Shown here piece after piece: positions 18,691 to 28,359 of a DNA stretch of 64,000 bases (its first letter is position 1; the number at the start of each line of letters is the position of its first letter). Source of the DNA: an uncultured Planctomycetaceae bacterium. Its GTDB lineage: Bacteria > Planctomycetota > Planctomycetia > Isosphaerales > Isosphaeraceae. Where the stretch lies: contig CAWIAD010000001.1 in NCBI GenBank assembly GCA_963833985.1, positions 224,001-288,000 on the forward strand, written 5' to 3'. Below the pieces are notes generated by a model. The model was not told the DNA's origin and ran no database searches. It worked only from the letters and a program-made list of their open reading frames with translations. Position numbers and translations under genes: made by a program.

Positions 18691-19337
18691 CCCGTCACCT
18701 GCGGATCGCCGTGGCCGATGACGAGCTCGATATGCGTGATTACCTCCAGGCGATCCTGCCCAGCCTGGGCCACCACGTGGTTGCCGTGGCCAGCACTGGT
18801 AGCGAGTTGGTGCGGCTCGCGCTCGAGCACCATCCCGACCTCATCATCGCCGACATCAAGATGCCCGACCTGGACGGCATCGAGGCAGCAAGCCAGATCT
18901 ACAAGCACTCGCCGACTCCGGCCATCATCGTCTCGGCGTACCATGACCATGACCTCGTGCAGCGTGCCGAGGAAGACCACATCCTGGCCTTCCTGGTCAA
19001 GCCGATCAAGCAGGCCGACCTCGAACCGGCCATCGCCATCACCATGCGGCGTTTCGAGCAGTTTCAGGCATTGCGGCAGGAAGCGTCCGACCTCCGGCAG
19101 GCGCTCGAGGATCGAAAACTGATCGAGAAAGCCAAGGGACTCCTGATGAAGCGCGCCGCTCTCGATGAGAACGAAGCGTTCCGCCGCCTGCAAAAGCTTG
19201 CCAGTGAGCGCAATCGCAGGCTGGTCGACGTGGCGGCCATGATCCTCACGGCCGAGGAAGCCTATCAGCCGGCGGAACGCGGCCGCGACAAGGACAAGGA
19301 GAAGGATCGATCCGGACCAAGGCACGCACCCGGCTGA
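18687..19337 (+). CDS. ANTAR-domain response regulator (AmiR/NasT/EutV-like antiterminator)
   Basis: Receiver ADDE...DIKMP...VKP followed by RKLIEKAKGLLM...EAFRRLQKLA; ATGA overlap with the kinase. Confidence 0.93.
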   Translation: MTRHLRIAVADDELDMRDYLQAILPSLGHHVVAVASTGSELVRLALEHHPDLIIADIKMPDLDGIEAASQIYKHSPTPAIIVSAYHDHDLVQRAEEDHILAFLVKPIKQADLEPAIAITMRRFEQFQALRQEASDLRQALEDRKLIEKAKGLLMKRAALDENEAFRRLQKLASERNRRLVDVAAMILTAEEAYQPAERGRDKDKEKDRSGPRHAPG

Positions 19338-19378
19338 AAGACCGCCTCGATGCTCGCTCCAGGGCCGTGCGCGGAGCG

Positions 19379-22102
19379 TCAGCGCCCGCGCCCGACAGGC
19401 ACCCAGGTGCTCATGGCCTGGCTGCGACGGCTCGCTCGAAAATGGCGCCACTTCGGCCCCGCAAGCCTCAGCTGTGGAGGCGACGGGACGATGTTGTGGC
19501 CGAGCTTTCGCCTCCACCAGCGACCCGCGAGCTGGCGCAAACGATAGGCGGCCGCGGAAACCACAATCAGACCGGTCGGCATGCCCAGGTCCGCCTCCGT
19601 CATGCGCTCCGCGGCAGTCGCCGCATGGCGATCGCCGCGCTCCGCGGCCGCATTGCTTCCAGACCGGGCAAGCAGCTCCGACGTTACCGGGCCGGCGGAT
19701 CCGCGCGCGCTCGACTGACCCTGGTCCGCCCCCAGCCAGCGGCCAAGACGGCCGGCGATTTCGGCGATCCGGTCGGCCCTGAGCAGCGCCAGGGCGTCTC
19801 CGTTATGCCTGCCGGCAAGCATCAAACGGGCATCCGCGGCTGGCCCGCCTTGCGCCTGGTCGGCTTCCCCGGCCACGACAAGGTTCTCGCTGGGCGTTGC
19901 GGAGGTGTTCGGGGCCTGTACATCGTGGCCGGACGAGCTCGGCGCCTGGAACGGGATACCAGGAAAGAGGGCGAGCGAACCGGTGGCCTGCGCGCTCCAG
20001 CCGCCCACCGCGCCGGTGCCGGCCGCGGCGAGTGGCTCGCTCACGATCGATGGTGTACCCAGCAATCCCGAGCTCACCGTCACCAGCAGGCTGGACGGAA
20101 CCACCGAGACGGCACCCGTATTCGCCACGGTCCCGCCGATGGAAGGGGCAGCGATCGCGGCAACGCCGGGCCCGGAGGGGCCCTGGTTCGAAGCGACGGC
20201 CGAAGACTGGTCGACGGTCCCCGTGATCCCTGCGTTCGTGCTCGGCGGAGCCGTGATCGTGGCGGGAGGTGAAGACGGCGACGCACCGAGCCGAAGGCTC
20301 AACGCGGCGCTCTGCCCCACGCCGTTATTGAGCAGGGACTCGTAGTCGATCAACGCCGTCTTGACGGACCAGAAGCCGACGGCTGACTCAGCCCCCAGCG
20401 AGGTGAAGCTCAGGAAATAGGTCCCCGCCGTCAGGCTCAACGTGTCGGTATGAGCCGTCCCGGCATCATCAGCATTCACGATGGTCAAGCCGTCCGGGCC
20501 GGCAACCACAACCTGCGCGGCTCCCTGGAGAAACGAGGTTTCCAGGGTATACAGGCCGGTCACCGGCGCGACAAAACGGCTCGTGACCTGGTGCCCAGGC
20601 AAGATCACGGTAGGCGGTGAGACGGCCGCCTGATGCGAGGGCCAGATGACGCCGAGGTTCCCGCTGGCGGTCGGCTGCGGCGCTGCGTCGGCCGGCACCG
20701 TGAACGTCGCCAGCACTCCCGGGATATGCCCCGCGGAAACCGGCGCACGGCCGGTGAGGTCGGTCATTCCGCCGCTTGCCGGCAGAACGACCGTGTACTG
20801 CCCGGGCGGCAAGGGCTGGTCGAAAACGAAGCTCACCAGGCTGCTGGAAGGCAGATATCCGGATGCAAAGAGCGGCCAGACCTTGCCCGCCGCGTCATAA
20901 ACCTGAACCGGAGAGCTCACCGCCGAGCTGGACCGCAAACTGTCCAGGGAGATGGGCCCCGAAAAGTTCAGGTTCATTCCGGTCGGCGATGATCCGAGGG
21001 GATCGCCCCATTGCAGCGTAAAGTTCGTGAGCTGGGTCAGGCTGTCCGCGGCATCGGCAACGACCCTGAGGTCGTAGCCACCGCCTGCTTGCTTCAGGCC
21101 GGCGGTGCCATTCGTTCCGGTCACGGGGTTGTAGCCGCCGGGCTGCCCTGCCAGGTTCCCCGCGCCCGAGAGTCCGATGTAGTAGACACCCGGAAGCAGC
21201 CCGGTGAACAGGTAGGGATCGTTCGGCGAACCAACAAGACCCGTGCCCGAATCTCGGGTTGCGAGTACATTGCCCTGCTGGTCGAAGAGAGTCAAGGCAC
21301 CCATGAGCGGACTGCCTATCCGCTGGGCGTTCAGCTCCGCGCCGAGCTGCCAGTAGTGGCCCGGACCAAGAGTCAACTTGTAGAGAGTAACGGAAGTCGC
21401 ACCACCCGTGAGGTCGAGCCATCCGGACGTGGAAACCACCTGAGAGCCGATAATTCCCAGGTCGGTCGCGTTGCTCAGCGTCGCACCCGAGGGTGTGACT
21501 GGAATACTGGGAGCGATCGTGAAATTCGCGAGCGTCTGATCGACGCTGGGATCCCATTGACCACCTGTGAGCGTAACAGGATCCGCTCCACTGAGATAAA
21601 CCGATAAGCCGGAGTCTCCGACGAGGACGATCCGGTAGTGGCCGGCTGGCAAGCTTGAGTCGATGGGAATCGTCGCCTGGGTCCCGGTGCCGTCGAACGA
21701 GGCAACCGGGGGATTGAGCGCGTCAAGGATCGGCGTTGTGGTGCCGTCCGAATTCACCTGCTCGAGTTGAATGTTCCCGTCTGTCCAGAGGAAATCTACC
21801 TCCTGGTTGAAGATGATCACCAGTGCATCCGGGGAATGGGTCATCGTTGAGCCGTCGGCCGGTGAGGTCGAGATCATGCTGGCGGCCGCGCTCAACGTTG
21901 CTCCCGCCTGGCTCGTGGAAGCGTCCGCAGGCTGGATCATCGCCACTCCCGGCGAGGCCTCGCCGGGCAGCAGCGCCGGTGAAAGCAAAACGGATGAGCC
22001 TGGCGTGGATCCGCCCGGTAGGGACAGCAACTGGCGCGGCTCCAGCCCCTCAAGGCTGAAGCCGCGTCCGGTCTTCATTCGACGTCGCAAGGCGCGGCTC
22101 AT
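19379..22102 (-). CDS. Planctomycete extracellular protein with Ig-like and PPC-like domains
   Basis: LEGLEPRQLLS N-terminal motif; STSPADG Ig-like; LTLFDQQGNVLA..D..DPYLF..YYIGLSG PPC-like. Confidence 0.85.
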   Translation of the reverse strand: MSRALRRRMKTGRGFSLEGLEPRQLLSLPGGSTPGSSVLLSPALLPGEASPGVAMIQPADASTSQAGATLSAAASMISTSPADGSTMTHSPDALVIIFNQEVDFLWTDGNIQLEQVNSDGTTTPILDALNPPVASFDGTGTQATIPIDSSLPAGHYRIVLVGDSGLSVYLSGADPVTLTGGQWDPSVDQTLANFTIAPSIPVTPSGATLSNATDLGIIGSQVVSTSGWLDLTGGATSVTLYKLTLGPGHYWQLGAELNAQRIGSPLMGALTLFDQQGNVLATRDSGTGLVGSPNDPYLFTGLLPGVYYIGLSGAGNLAGQPGGYNPVTGTNGTAGLKQAGGGYDLRVVADAADSLTQLTNFTLQWGDPLGSSPTGMNLNFSGPISLDSLRSSSAVSSPVQVYDAAGKVWPLFASGYLPSSSLVSFVFDQPLPPGQYTVVLPASGGMTDLTGRAPVSAGHIPGVLATFTVPADAAPQPTASGNLGVIWPSHQAAVSPPTVILPGHQVTSRFVAPVTGLYTLETSFLQGAAQVVVAGPDGLTIVNADDAGTAHTDTLSLTAGTYFLSFTSLGAESAVGFWSVKTALIDYESLLNNGVGQSAALSLRLGASPSSPPATITAPPSTNAGITGTVDQSSAVASNQGPSGPGVAAIAAPSIGGTVANTGAVSVVPSSLLVTVSSGLLGTPSIVSEPLAAAGTGAVGGWSAQATGSLALFPGIPFQAPSSSGHDVQAPNTSATPSENLVVAGEADQAQGGPAADARLMLAGRHNGDALALLRADRIAEIAGRLGRWLGADQGQSSARGSAGPVTSELLARSGSNAAAERGDRHAATAAERMTEADLGMPTGLIVVSAAAYRLRQLAGRWWRRKLGHNIVPSPPQLRLAGPKWRHFRASRRSQAMSTWVPVGRGR

Positions 22103-22222
22103 GAAGTCACCACGAATTCAAGTCGGGAAAAAGCCGGGAAGAGTGAGCATTTGCGGGCGAGGGACGATTCCAGGTTGCAAAGCGGAACGCCCGCGCGCCT
22201 TGACCGAATGTCTCCTGCGAGA

Positions 22223-23743
22223 TCAGTGCATTCGCACGACCTTCAGGGAGCCGCCGTGGGTCGGCGGCAGCAACTGGTTTTTCGGTTTCCAGTTCATGAG
22301 CAGGTGATCGACCGCCTGGAGGGTCGAGAGCGTCGAACCCGGATGAGCGGCCAGCAGGTGTCTCGGCGAGCTCAAGGTGCCGGATGGTAGGATCGTTGGG
22401 ATGGTCCGGGCATAGCTTGTCGTGGTGACCAGTGTGGTCGTGGCACCCGCTGGCTGTGCCTGCGACTGCGTGGGCGCGGCCATGGCGAGGTTCGGCGAGA
22501 GGGCTCCCCCTCCATTCGATCCACTGCCACCATTCAAGATTGTTGCGTCGAGCACGTTGCCAACGGCGGTGAGGTTGCCGATGGTGACAATCTGGACGGG
22601 AGCGCTTGCTCCGCCCCCGCCCTGATCAGGCTGCTGGGCCACGACCGTGTTCGGCGGGGCGATGGGCGGCTGGTAGACCGAGCCGAAATTGAGCTCGAGC
22701 CCGAATCCTCCGGTTGACGAGCCCAGGCCCGTCCCGTTGGCGCGAATGAAATAGCTCTGCCCGGGCGCCACTCCGGCGATCGAGACCGAGGCCGTCCCGC
22801 CGAATGCCGTTGACGTCGCCGTGGCGAGGGGCTTCAACCCGGACGTGTAGACGTAGACAACCGGGCTGAGGCTGCTCAGGTTGCTGGACTGCACCGTGGC
22901 AACCATTGTGCCGCTGGTGGAGCTGGGGACCGTAACCTTGAACCACTCGGCCTGGCTGCCGGAGGTGATATCCAGGCTTGGAATTGCCACCTGTCCATTA
23001 CTATCGATGTAGCTGTTCAGGTTCGTCGCTTTGGCATAGTTGCTGTTCGACAGGCCGTTACTGTTGAACTGATCGTACTGCGAGGCGCCCCAGACAGATT
23101 GGATGCCCGCGACGTCGTCGCTGGTGAGCGACTGCTTCATGCCGTTGTAATAGGCGTACATGCAGGCCGTGGTGATCTGCGATTCGCCCAGACCCAGCGC
23201 GTGGCCGAACTCGTGGATGGCCACGGTCTCCAGGTCGTAATTGCTGTTGATCTGCCAGGTCACGTTCGGGTTGGTGTTCAGGAACATATCACCGGCGTCG
23301 GTGCCGCCGTTGTAGGGCGGAGGCAGGAAGGTCTCGCCCAGTGCACCGGTACCAAGGTTCACTCCGCCGATGCGGATATCGCCGAACCGCGGGTCGTCTT
23401 GCTGGTTGCCGTTGCACGCTTCCGGACTGCCATTGTCGGAGACCAGAGCCAGGTTGATGTTCGCGACCGCTTCCCATACGGAGGCGGCCTTCTCGATGGC
23501 CCCCTGCCAGGCGGCCGTCGAGAACTTGGCGTTCATCGTGGAATTGAGGTTGCTGGGAGTGCCGCCGATGGAGGTTCCATCGGGCATGAAGCTGTAGGTG
23601 ATCCGGCTGCCGAAGACGAAATGACCGCCATACGCGGAATAAAGCAGGAGACGGTCCTCCAGACCTTCCAGTAAGGGACGCGTGGATCGCTTCGGGGATC
23701 GCTCGCCGGACCTTGATTTCGACGGACGTAAGTGAAAGAGCAT
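22223..23743 (-). CDS. Matrixin (M10)-like metalloprotease with planctomycete N-terminal motif and PPC-like domain
   Basis: LEGLEDRLLL; ITYSF; GDIRIG; DLETVAIHEFGHALGLGES; Met-turn ACMYAYY; LTSDDVAGIQ. Confidence 0.85.
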   Translation of the reverse strand: MLFHLRPSKSRSGERSPKRSTRPLLEGLEDRLLLYSAYGGHFVFGSRITYSFMPDGTSIGGTPSNLNSTMNAKFSTAAWQGAIEKAASVWEAVANINLALVSDNGSPEACNGNQQDDPRFGDIRIGGVNLGTGALGETFLPPPYNGGTDAGDMFLNTNPNVTWQINSNYDLETVAIHEFGHALGLGESQITTACMYAYYNGMKQSLTSDDVAGIQSVWGASQYDQFNSNGLSNSNYAKATNLNSYIDSNGQVAIPSLDITSGSQAEWFKVTVPSSTSGTMVATVQSSNLSSLSPVVYVYTSGLKPLATATSTAFGGTASVSIAGVAPGQSYFIRANGTGLGSSTGGFGLELNFGSVYQPPIAPPNTVVAQQPDQGGGGASAPVQIVTIGNLTAVGNVLDATILNGGSGSNGGGALSPNLAMAAPTQSQAQPAGATTTLVTTTSYARTIPTILPSGTLSSPRHLLAAHPGSTLSTLQAVDHLLMNWKPKNQLLPPTHGGSLKVVRMH

Positions 23744-23976
23744 TCGAACGCTCCGTGCTTCTCCTCGATGTGTTGTCTGCACTAGCTGACACACGGACTT
23801 GAGACGAAAAAAGTGAAGTTGCGAGTCGGCGTACGCACCGGGACCCAGTTGGTGTCTGATGTCCTGGCGCTTTCTAAGGGAACACTAGGTCCCATTCCCA
23901 GCCAGGGCGGGCATGGTGAGAAGCGGAAACACCAGGGCCAGGCCGGCACGCGAGAGCCTCCTGGCACAAGAAGGCA

Positions 23977-25716
23977 GGGTGTAAGACACGGTTCGTTTTT
24001 CTGAGGTCCTACGCCGCTTTCCCAGTTTCCCTGGCTTTATAGTTGCGGAAGGGGCTGCTGGGCCTCTCTTTGAGGTACCGATCCAGGCGTCCGTCCTCCG
24101 AGAGGAACGACGCTCGAAGCTGAAGCATCGTCTCGGCACCGGCGTCGCTCCAGAATTTCTCCGACCCCTTGACCCGCCGGTTGAAGATCTTCACGGTCGA
24201 CTCCACGTGACTGCTCGTCCACGGCAATCCCCCGCGTCGATAAGCAGGGTAGTCCATCCGCTCTCGATTATGCTCCAGGTAGCCGAGTTCTTGGGCGATG
24301 ATCTTGCGCGGGTCATCGTCGGCCAGCCGTTCGAGCTCGTCTCCGGATAAGGACGCCTGGGCATCTCGCAGGGTACGGAGTTCCTCGATCACCTGGCCCA
24401 CGCGTCCCTTCCAGCAGGCCTCTGCCCATGCCTGGAACAACTCCCAGCGGCCTTCGGTCTCGACCGCCGCAGCCTTGGCGGCCGCGAACAGGTGACCCAG
24501 GGCGTGGAGAAAATCAACGATGGCCAGAAAGGTCGGAAAATGCCGTTGCTGCAATTTCCAGATCCAGGCCGAGCCGTCCCCCAGGAACGCCCGATGAGCC
24601 GCTTTCATGAGATTGCGTCGCCACGCCTCCGCGGCCACCATCGGCCCGAATTGCTCGCTGGAGCAGGTGCTCGCCACGTAAGTCCGCACCACCAGTTCGG
24701 GCCTTTCCCTCGGCTCGGACCGATCCCCGGGGGACGGCAGAGATGCTTCGTCGATGTTCTCCGCCGGGGCCTCCTGTAGGCCCATCGAGCTCGCCCCGCT
24801 GATCCCGCCGACAAGCTTCTCGACGTATCCCCGGTCGCGGTAGCAGGCGGGCAACTCCGGCTCCGGGTCGCAGTCCGAGACGACATTGGCCATGGTGGCC
24901 AGAATCGCGATCTTGTCCTCACGCCAGGACGCATCATGGGCACCGGGCCCTTCCCCCTGGCCGCGAATCTGCAGCCGGCCGCCGTCAACCTCGACCACTG
25001 CCAGAGCCGGCCGTGTCTCGACTCGCGGCTCGAGCTTATGGGCTTGAAGTTCGCTCACATGCTGATCTCTCTCGGCCTGCAATTGTTGGCCGACCTCCTG
25101 GGCGATGCGGCCGATCTGCCGACTGCCGATGGTCACCTCGGCCAATTCCGCCATCGCCTCGGCCGCCTCCCGGAAGGAGGGCTCCCGGGCACCGCAACGG
25201 ACGATCTTGCGCAGCACCGAAGGGCTGTAGTCATGTGGCGTGAGGCGCAAGGCCGGACGCTGAGGGAAAAAAATCCCGGCGACATGCCGGGCAGTGGCAC
25301 TTCGGTTCGGCGTAGGTGACCTTGCCTCCCCAGAATTCAATGGTTCGATCGTTGCGTTGCACCGGACAGAGCCGCTTGCAGTTGGGACAAGGCTGCTCGG
25401 CCCCCAAGAGGGAGGCTTTCTGCTTCAGGAGTTCCTCGATGGTTCCCTTGGCCACGGCACAGGCCGCGGTCATGGCCATTTGTTCCATGTCGTCGGCATC
25501 GAGGTCCAGGTCAGGCCCAACTTCTTCGTGGACCCGTCGCGCCACAGTTTTCCCCCACCCTTTGGCCATCTGCTCGACCCCGGTGCGATCCATCGATGGT
25601 GACTTACGGAAAGGCATAGCAGGTCCCTCCTTGGACTTCCGGTGACGGACAATTTGGGAAACTTGACTTGACATGCTACCACCGGCCTCGGGCGGCGCGA
25701 ACCGCGTCTTACACCC
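23977..25716 (-). mobile_element. Complete ISKra4-family insertion sequence (1740 bp)
   Basis: Terminal IRs GGGTGTAAGACACGGTTCG / GGGTGTAAGACGCGGTTCG; 9-bp target duplication AAGAAGGCA (23968-23976 and 25717-25725). Confidence 0.9.
24009..25617 (-). CDS. ISKra4-family transposase, orfA/orfB joined by a frameshift at T7-C3 (about 25264-25273)
   Basis: orfA CPNC...CPACRRDFFP; orfB EVDGG, LGDGSAWIW, IVDFLHA, RMDYPAYR, SSHVES; RBS AAGGAGG. Confidence 0.85.
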
Positions 25717-25743
25717 AAGAAGGCACTCGAACTCGACAGCCGC

Positions 25744-25772
25744 TTGGCATGGCGATCAGCGGGGCTTATAAT
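25744..25772 (+). promoter_or_regulatory. Sigma70 promoter for the MerR/B12 gene
   Basis: TTGGCA-N17-TATAAT just outside the IS. Confidence 0.6.
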
Positions 25773-25842
25773 ATGCTTTGCTATGACGCGTGTCCCACTG
25801 GCGCCGTCTCCCGGTGACGGCTCTTCGGGGGATACAAGATCC

Positions 25843-26928
25843 ATGGATACGCACCCTGCCCCCAAGCCAGATTCCCCGATCGCCACGACGACCGTGACTG
25901 AAGCCAGATCCGACGCCGACCGAAGCCCGCAGCTCGGCGCGTTGCCGCAACCCCGATACTCCATCGCCGCGGTCTCGAAGCTGACCGGAATCAGTTGCCA
26001 TACCCTGCGGGTCTGGGAACGGCGCTACGGATTTCCCGTTCCCGAGCGGTCGGCGTCAGGCCACCGTCGTTACGACGGCGCGCAGGTGCAGACACTCTGC
26101 CGCATCTCCGAGTTGAACCGGTCCAGCCGGCAATCGATCGGCGAGCTGATCTCCCGCGTCGGCGGCGAGGAAGCGAAGACGGAAGAGCTCGCCGTGCCCG
26201 GCGCGGCGTCGGCCGAGGAGGCGGCCCGCAGCCGCCTGGTCGGCAAGCTGATCCTGGGAGACTATTTGGAAGCGGAGCGTGAATATGCCGGACTCACCAC
26301 CCGCCTGGATCCCTGGGGCATCGTCAACCACGTGATTCATCCGGTTCTGATCGAAGCCGGTGAAGGATGGTTTCGAAAGTGCCATTCGGTCTTCCAGGAG
26401 CGGCTCATCACGGTATTCATGAGACAGAAGCTGGTCTTGATGATCCAGGCCGCCCGCGAGGCGAATCTCCAGCCCACGCGGAGCGTGATCGCGGGAACCG
26501 TGCAGGGAGACCGTCACGAGGGCGGGGTCCTGATGTTCAACCTGGTGATGGAGATGCGCGGCTGGAGGGTGTACAACCTTGGAGTGGATGTTCCCGTGCG
26601 CGAATACGGCCTGGCCATCGAGCGGCTACGCCCGTCCGCACTGGCGCTCTCGTTCGTGCTCTCGCGGAACATCAAGAAGCGATTCCAGGAGTTGCAGCAG
26701 ATTCAGGCTGTTCCCGTCTTCGTCGGCGGCCGGAGTATCGTGAACTATCAATCCATGGCACGAAGCCATGGACTGATCCCGCTTGTCGGGCCGATCCTGA
26801 AGTCGACCGACCAGCTTGAAGCAGGATTTGGCCGCTGGTCCCTCCGCCGCGGTGCGGACAGCGAAGCACCGGAGACCGTCACCCAACAAGAAAGGCGACC
26901 TGCTTCGCCGGGAAGCAGCTCGCCTTGA
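25843..26928 (+). CDS. MerR HTH plus B12-binding domain regulator (CarH/LitR-like)
   Basis: YSIAAVSKLTG...TLRVWERRYG...SGHRRY; GDRHEGG (DxHxxG); LGVDVP; FVGG. Confidence 0.9.
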   Translation: MDTHPAPKPDSPIATTTVTEARSDADRSPQLGALPQPRYSIAAVSKLTGISCHTLRVWERRYGFPVPERSASGHRRYDGAQVQTLCRISELNRSSRQSIGELISRVGGEEAKTEELAVPGAASAEEAARSRLVGKLILGDYLEAEREYAGLTTRLDPWGIVNHVIHPVLIEAGEGWFRKCHSVFQERLITVFMRQKLVLMIQAAREANLQPTRSVIAGTVQGDRHEGGVLMFNLVMEMRGWRVYNLGVDVPVREYGLAIERLRPSALALSFVLSRNIKKRFQELQQIQAVPVFVGGRSIVNYQSMARSHGLIPLVGPILKSTDQLEAGFGRWSLRRGADSEAPETVTQQERRPASPGSSSP

Positions 26929-27001
26929 TGGGGAGGGGAGCCTGGCCTCGCGAGCAAACCGCGGAGGGCCAAGCTCGATTGACGCCTGCACGACCTCCGG
27001 A

Positions 27002-27778
27002 TCAGTGCTGAGGAGCAGCCTTGGCCGGAGCATAGGGTGCCGCGGACTGAGGAGCCGGGGCGACCTTGGCCGGGGCCATGGGTGCCGCGGACTGAGGAGC
27101 CGGGGCGACCTTGGCCGGAGCCTGGGGAGCCGGGGCGACCTTGGCCGGAGCCTGGGGAGCCGGGGCGACCTTGGCCGGAGCCTGGGGAGCCGGGGCGACC
27201 TTGGCCGGAGCGTAAGGAGCCGGCGCCATCTTGGCCGGAGCCTGGGGAGCCGGGGCGACCTTGGCCGGAGCGTAAGGAGCCGGGGCCATCTTGGCCGGAG
27301 CCTGGGGAGCCGGGGCGACCTTCGACGGCGCGTAAGGAGCAGCCGCCTGAGGAGCCGGGGCGACCTTCGAGGGCGCCTGGGGAGCCGGGGCGACCTTCGA
27401 GGGCGCCTGGGGAGCCGGGGCGACCTTCGACGGCGCGTAGGGAGCCGGCGCCATCTTGGCCGGAGCCTGAGGAGCCGGGGCGACCTTCGACGGCGCGTAG
27501 GGAGCCGGCGCCATCTTGGCCGGAGCCTGAGGAGCCGGGGCGATCTTCGAGGGCGCCTGGGGAGCCGGAGCGATCTTCGAGGGCGCCTGGGGAGCCGGGG
27601 CGACCTTGGAGGGCGCCTGAGGAGCCGGGGCGACCTTGGAGGGCGCCTGAGGGGCCGGGGCGACCTTGGCCGGAGCCTGAGGAGCCGGGGCGACCTTCGC
27701 CGGAGCCTGAGCCGCAGGATAAGCCTGAGGGCTCTGTCCTGGCAGGCTCAGGGCAAGAACTAGAACCGCACTGGTCAT
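27002..27778 (-). CDS. Secreted Pro/Ala-rich tandem-repeat protein, 258 aa, (AP[AS]K[VIM]APAP[QY])x21
   Basis: RBS GAGGA; short hydrophobic N-terminus MTSAVLVLALSLPG; repeat variation preserves the frame. Confidence 0.8.
   Translation of the reverse strand: MTSAVLVLALSLPGQSPQAYPAAQAPAKVAPAPQAPAKVAPAPQAPSKVAPAPQAPSKVAPAPQAPSKIAPAPQAPSKIAPAPQAPAKMAPAPYAPSKVAPAPQAPAKMAPAPYAPSKVAPAPQAPSKVAPAPQAPSKVAPAPQAAAPYAPSKVAPAPQAPAKMAPAPYAPAKVAPAPQAPAKMAPAPYAPAKVAPAPQAPAKVAPAPQAPAKVAPAPQAPAKVAPAPQSAAPMAPAKVAPAPQSAAPYAPAKAAPQH
27005..27706. repeat. 30-bp coding tandem repeat array with three 15-bp spacers
   Basis: Unit approximately GGAGCCGGGGCGACCTTGGCCGGAGCCTG(G/A). Confidence 0.95.
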
Positions 27779-28359
27779 CGCGATGTCCTCTGTGAAGAGT
27801 GAGGTTGTCGGTCGACGTCTCGATCGAGTCGGTAAGCTGACATTCCCCTGATGGCTCGGCACGGCCGATGCTGAACAACGTCCGATCGCCAACACCACCG
27901 TTCCTGTCGTCGTTCTCTGGCCCGACCCATCGAGGCCGGGGCAGGAATCTTGTCCCTTGTCCGCAAACGGGACAATCCACGAAGGCCTCGGTTCGGTGGC
28001 GGAGGCCTCAAGCCGGTCATCTTGGCCGACTCTCGCTCTCCACCCCAGGGGTGGCCAATGCTGGTTATCGGCATCCGACTTCGATCCGTTTACTGAACTT
28101 GAGAAATTCGATAAGCTGCCAGTCCGGGGAACTCTAGGGGCTATGACGAGTATCCAGAGATTGGGCGACCGCGCATGGTCAATTGGTATCGACCTTGGGC
28201 CTTCACGATGCCGAACCATCACAGGGCATTTGAGGAAGCGACGTCGATCCCATAGGATGGAGATTCCCAGTAGGTGTTGGGGACACGGGCGTCCCCTGTG
28301 AGACCTGGGAATCAAGAGTCATCGGCGTATGTAACTCAACACCGGTATTGGGAGGCAGC

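Noticed and set aside
23962..23976. Sigma54 promoter TGGCACAAGAAGGCA at the IS target
   Set aside because: GG to GC spacing is 9, not the required 10
27005..27706. CRISPR array, or the plus-strand ORFs (PEPGEPGRPW and RSLGSRGDLG repeats)
   Set aside because: The units are contiguous with no unique spacers and no cas genes. The minus-strand Pro/Ala frame has the RBS and leader; the other frames are open only because the repeat lacks stops.
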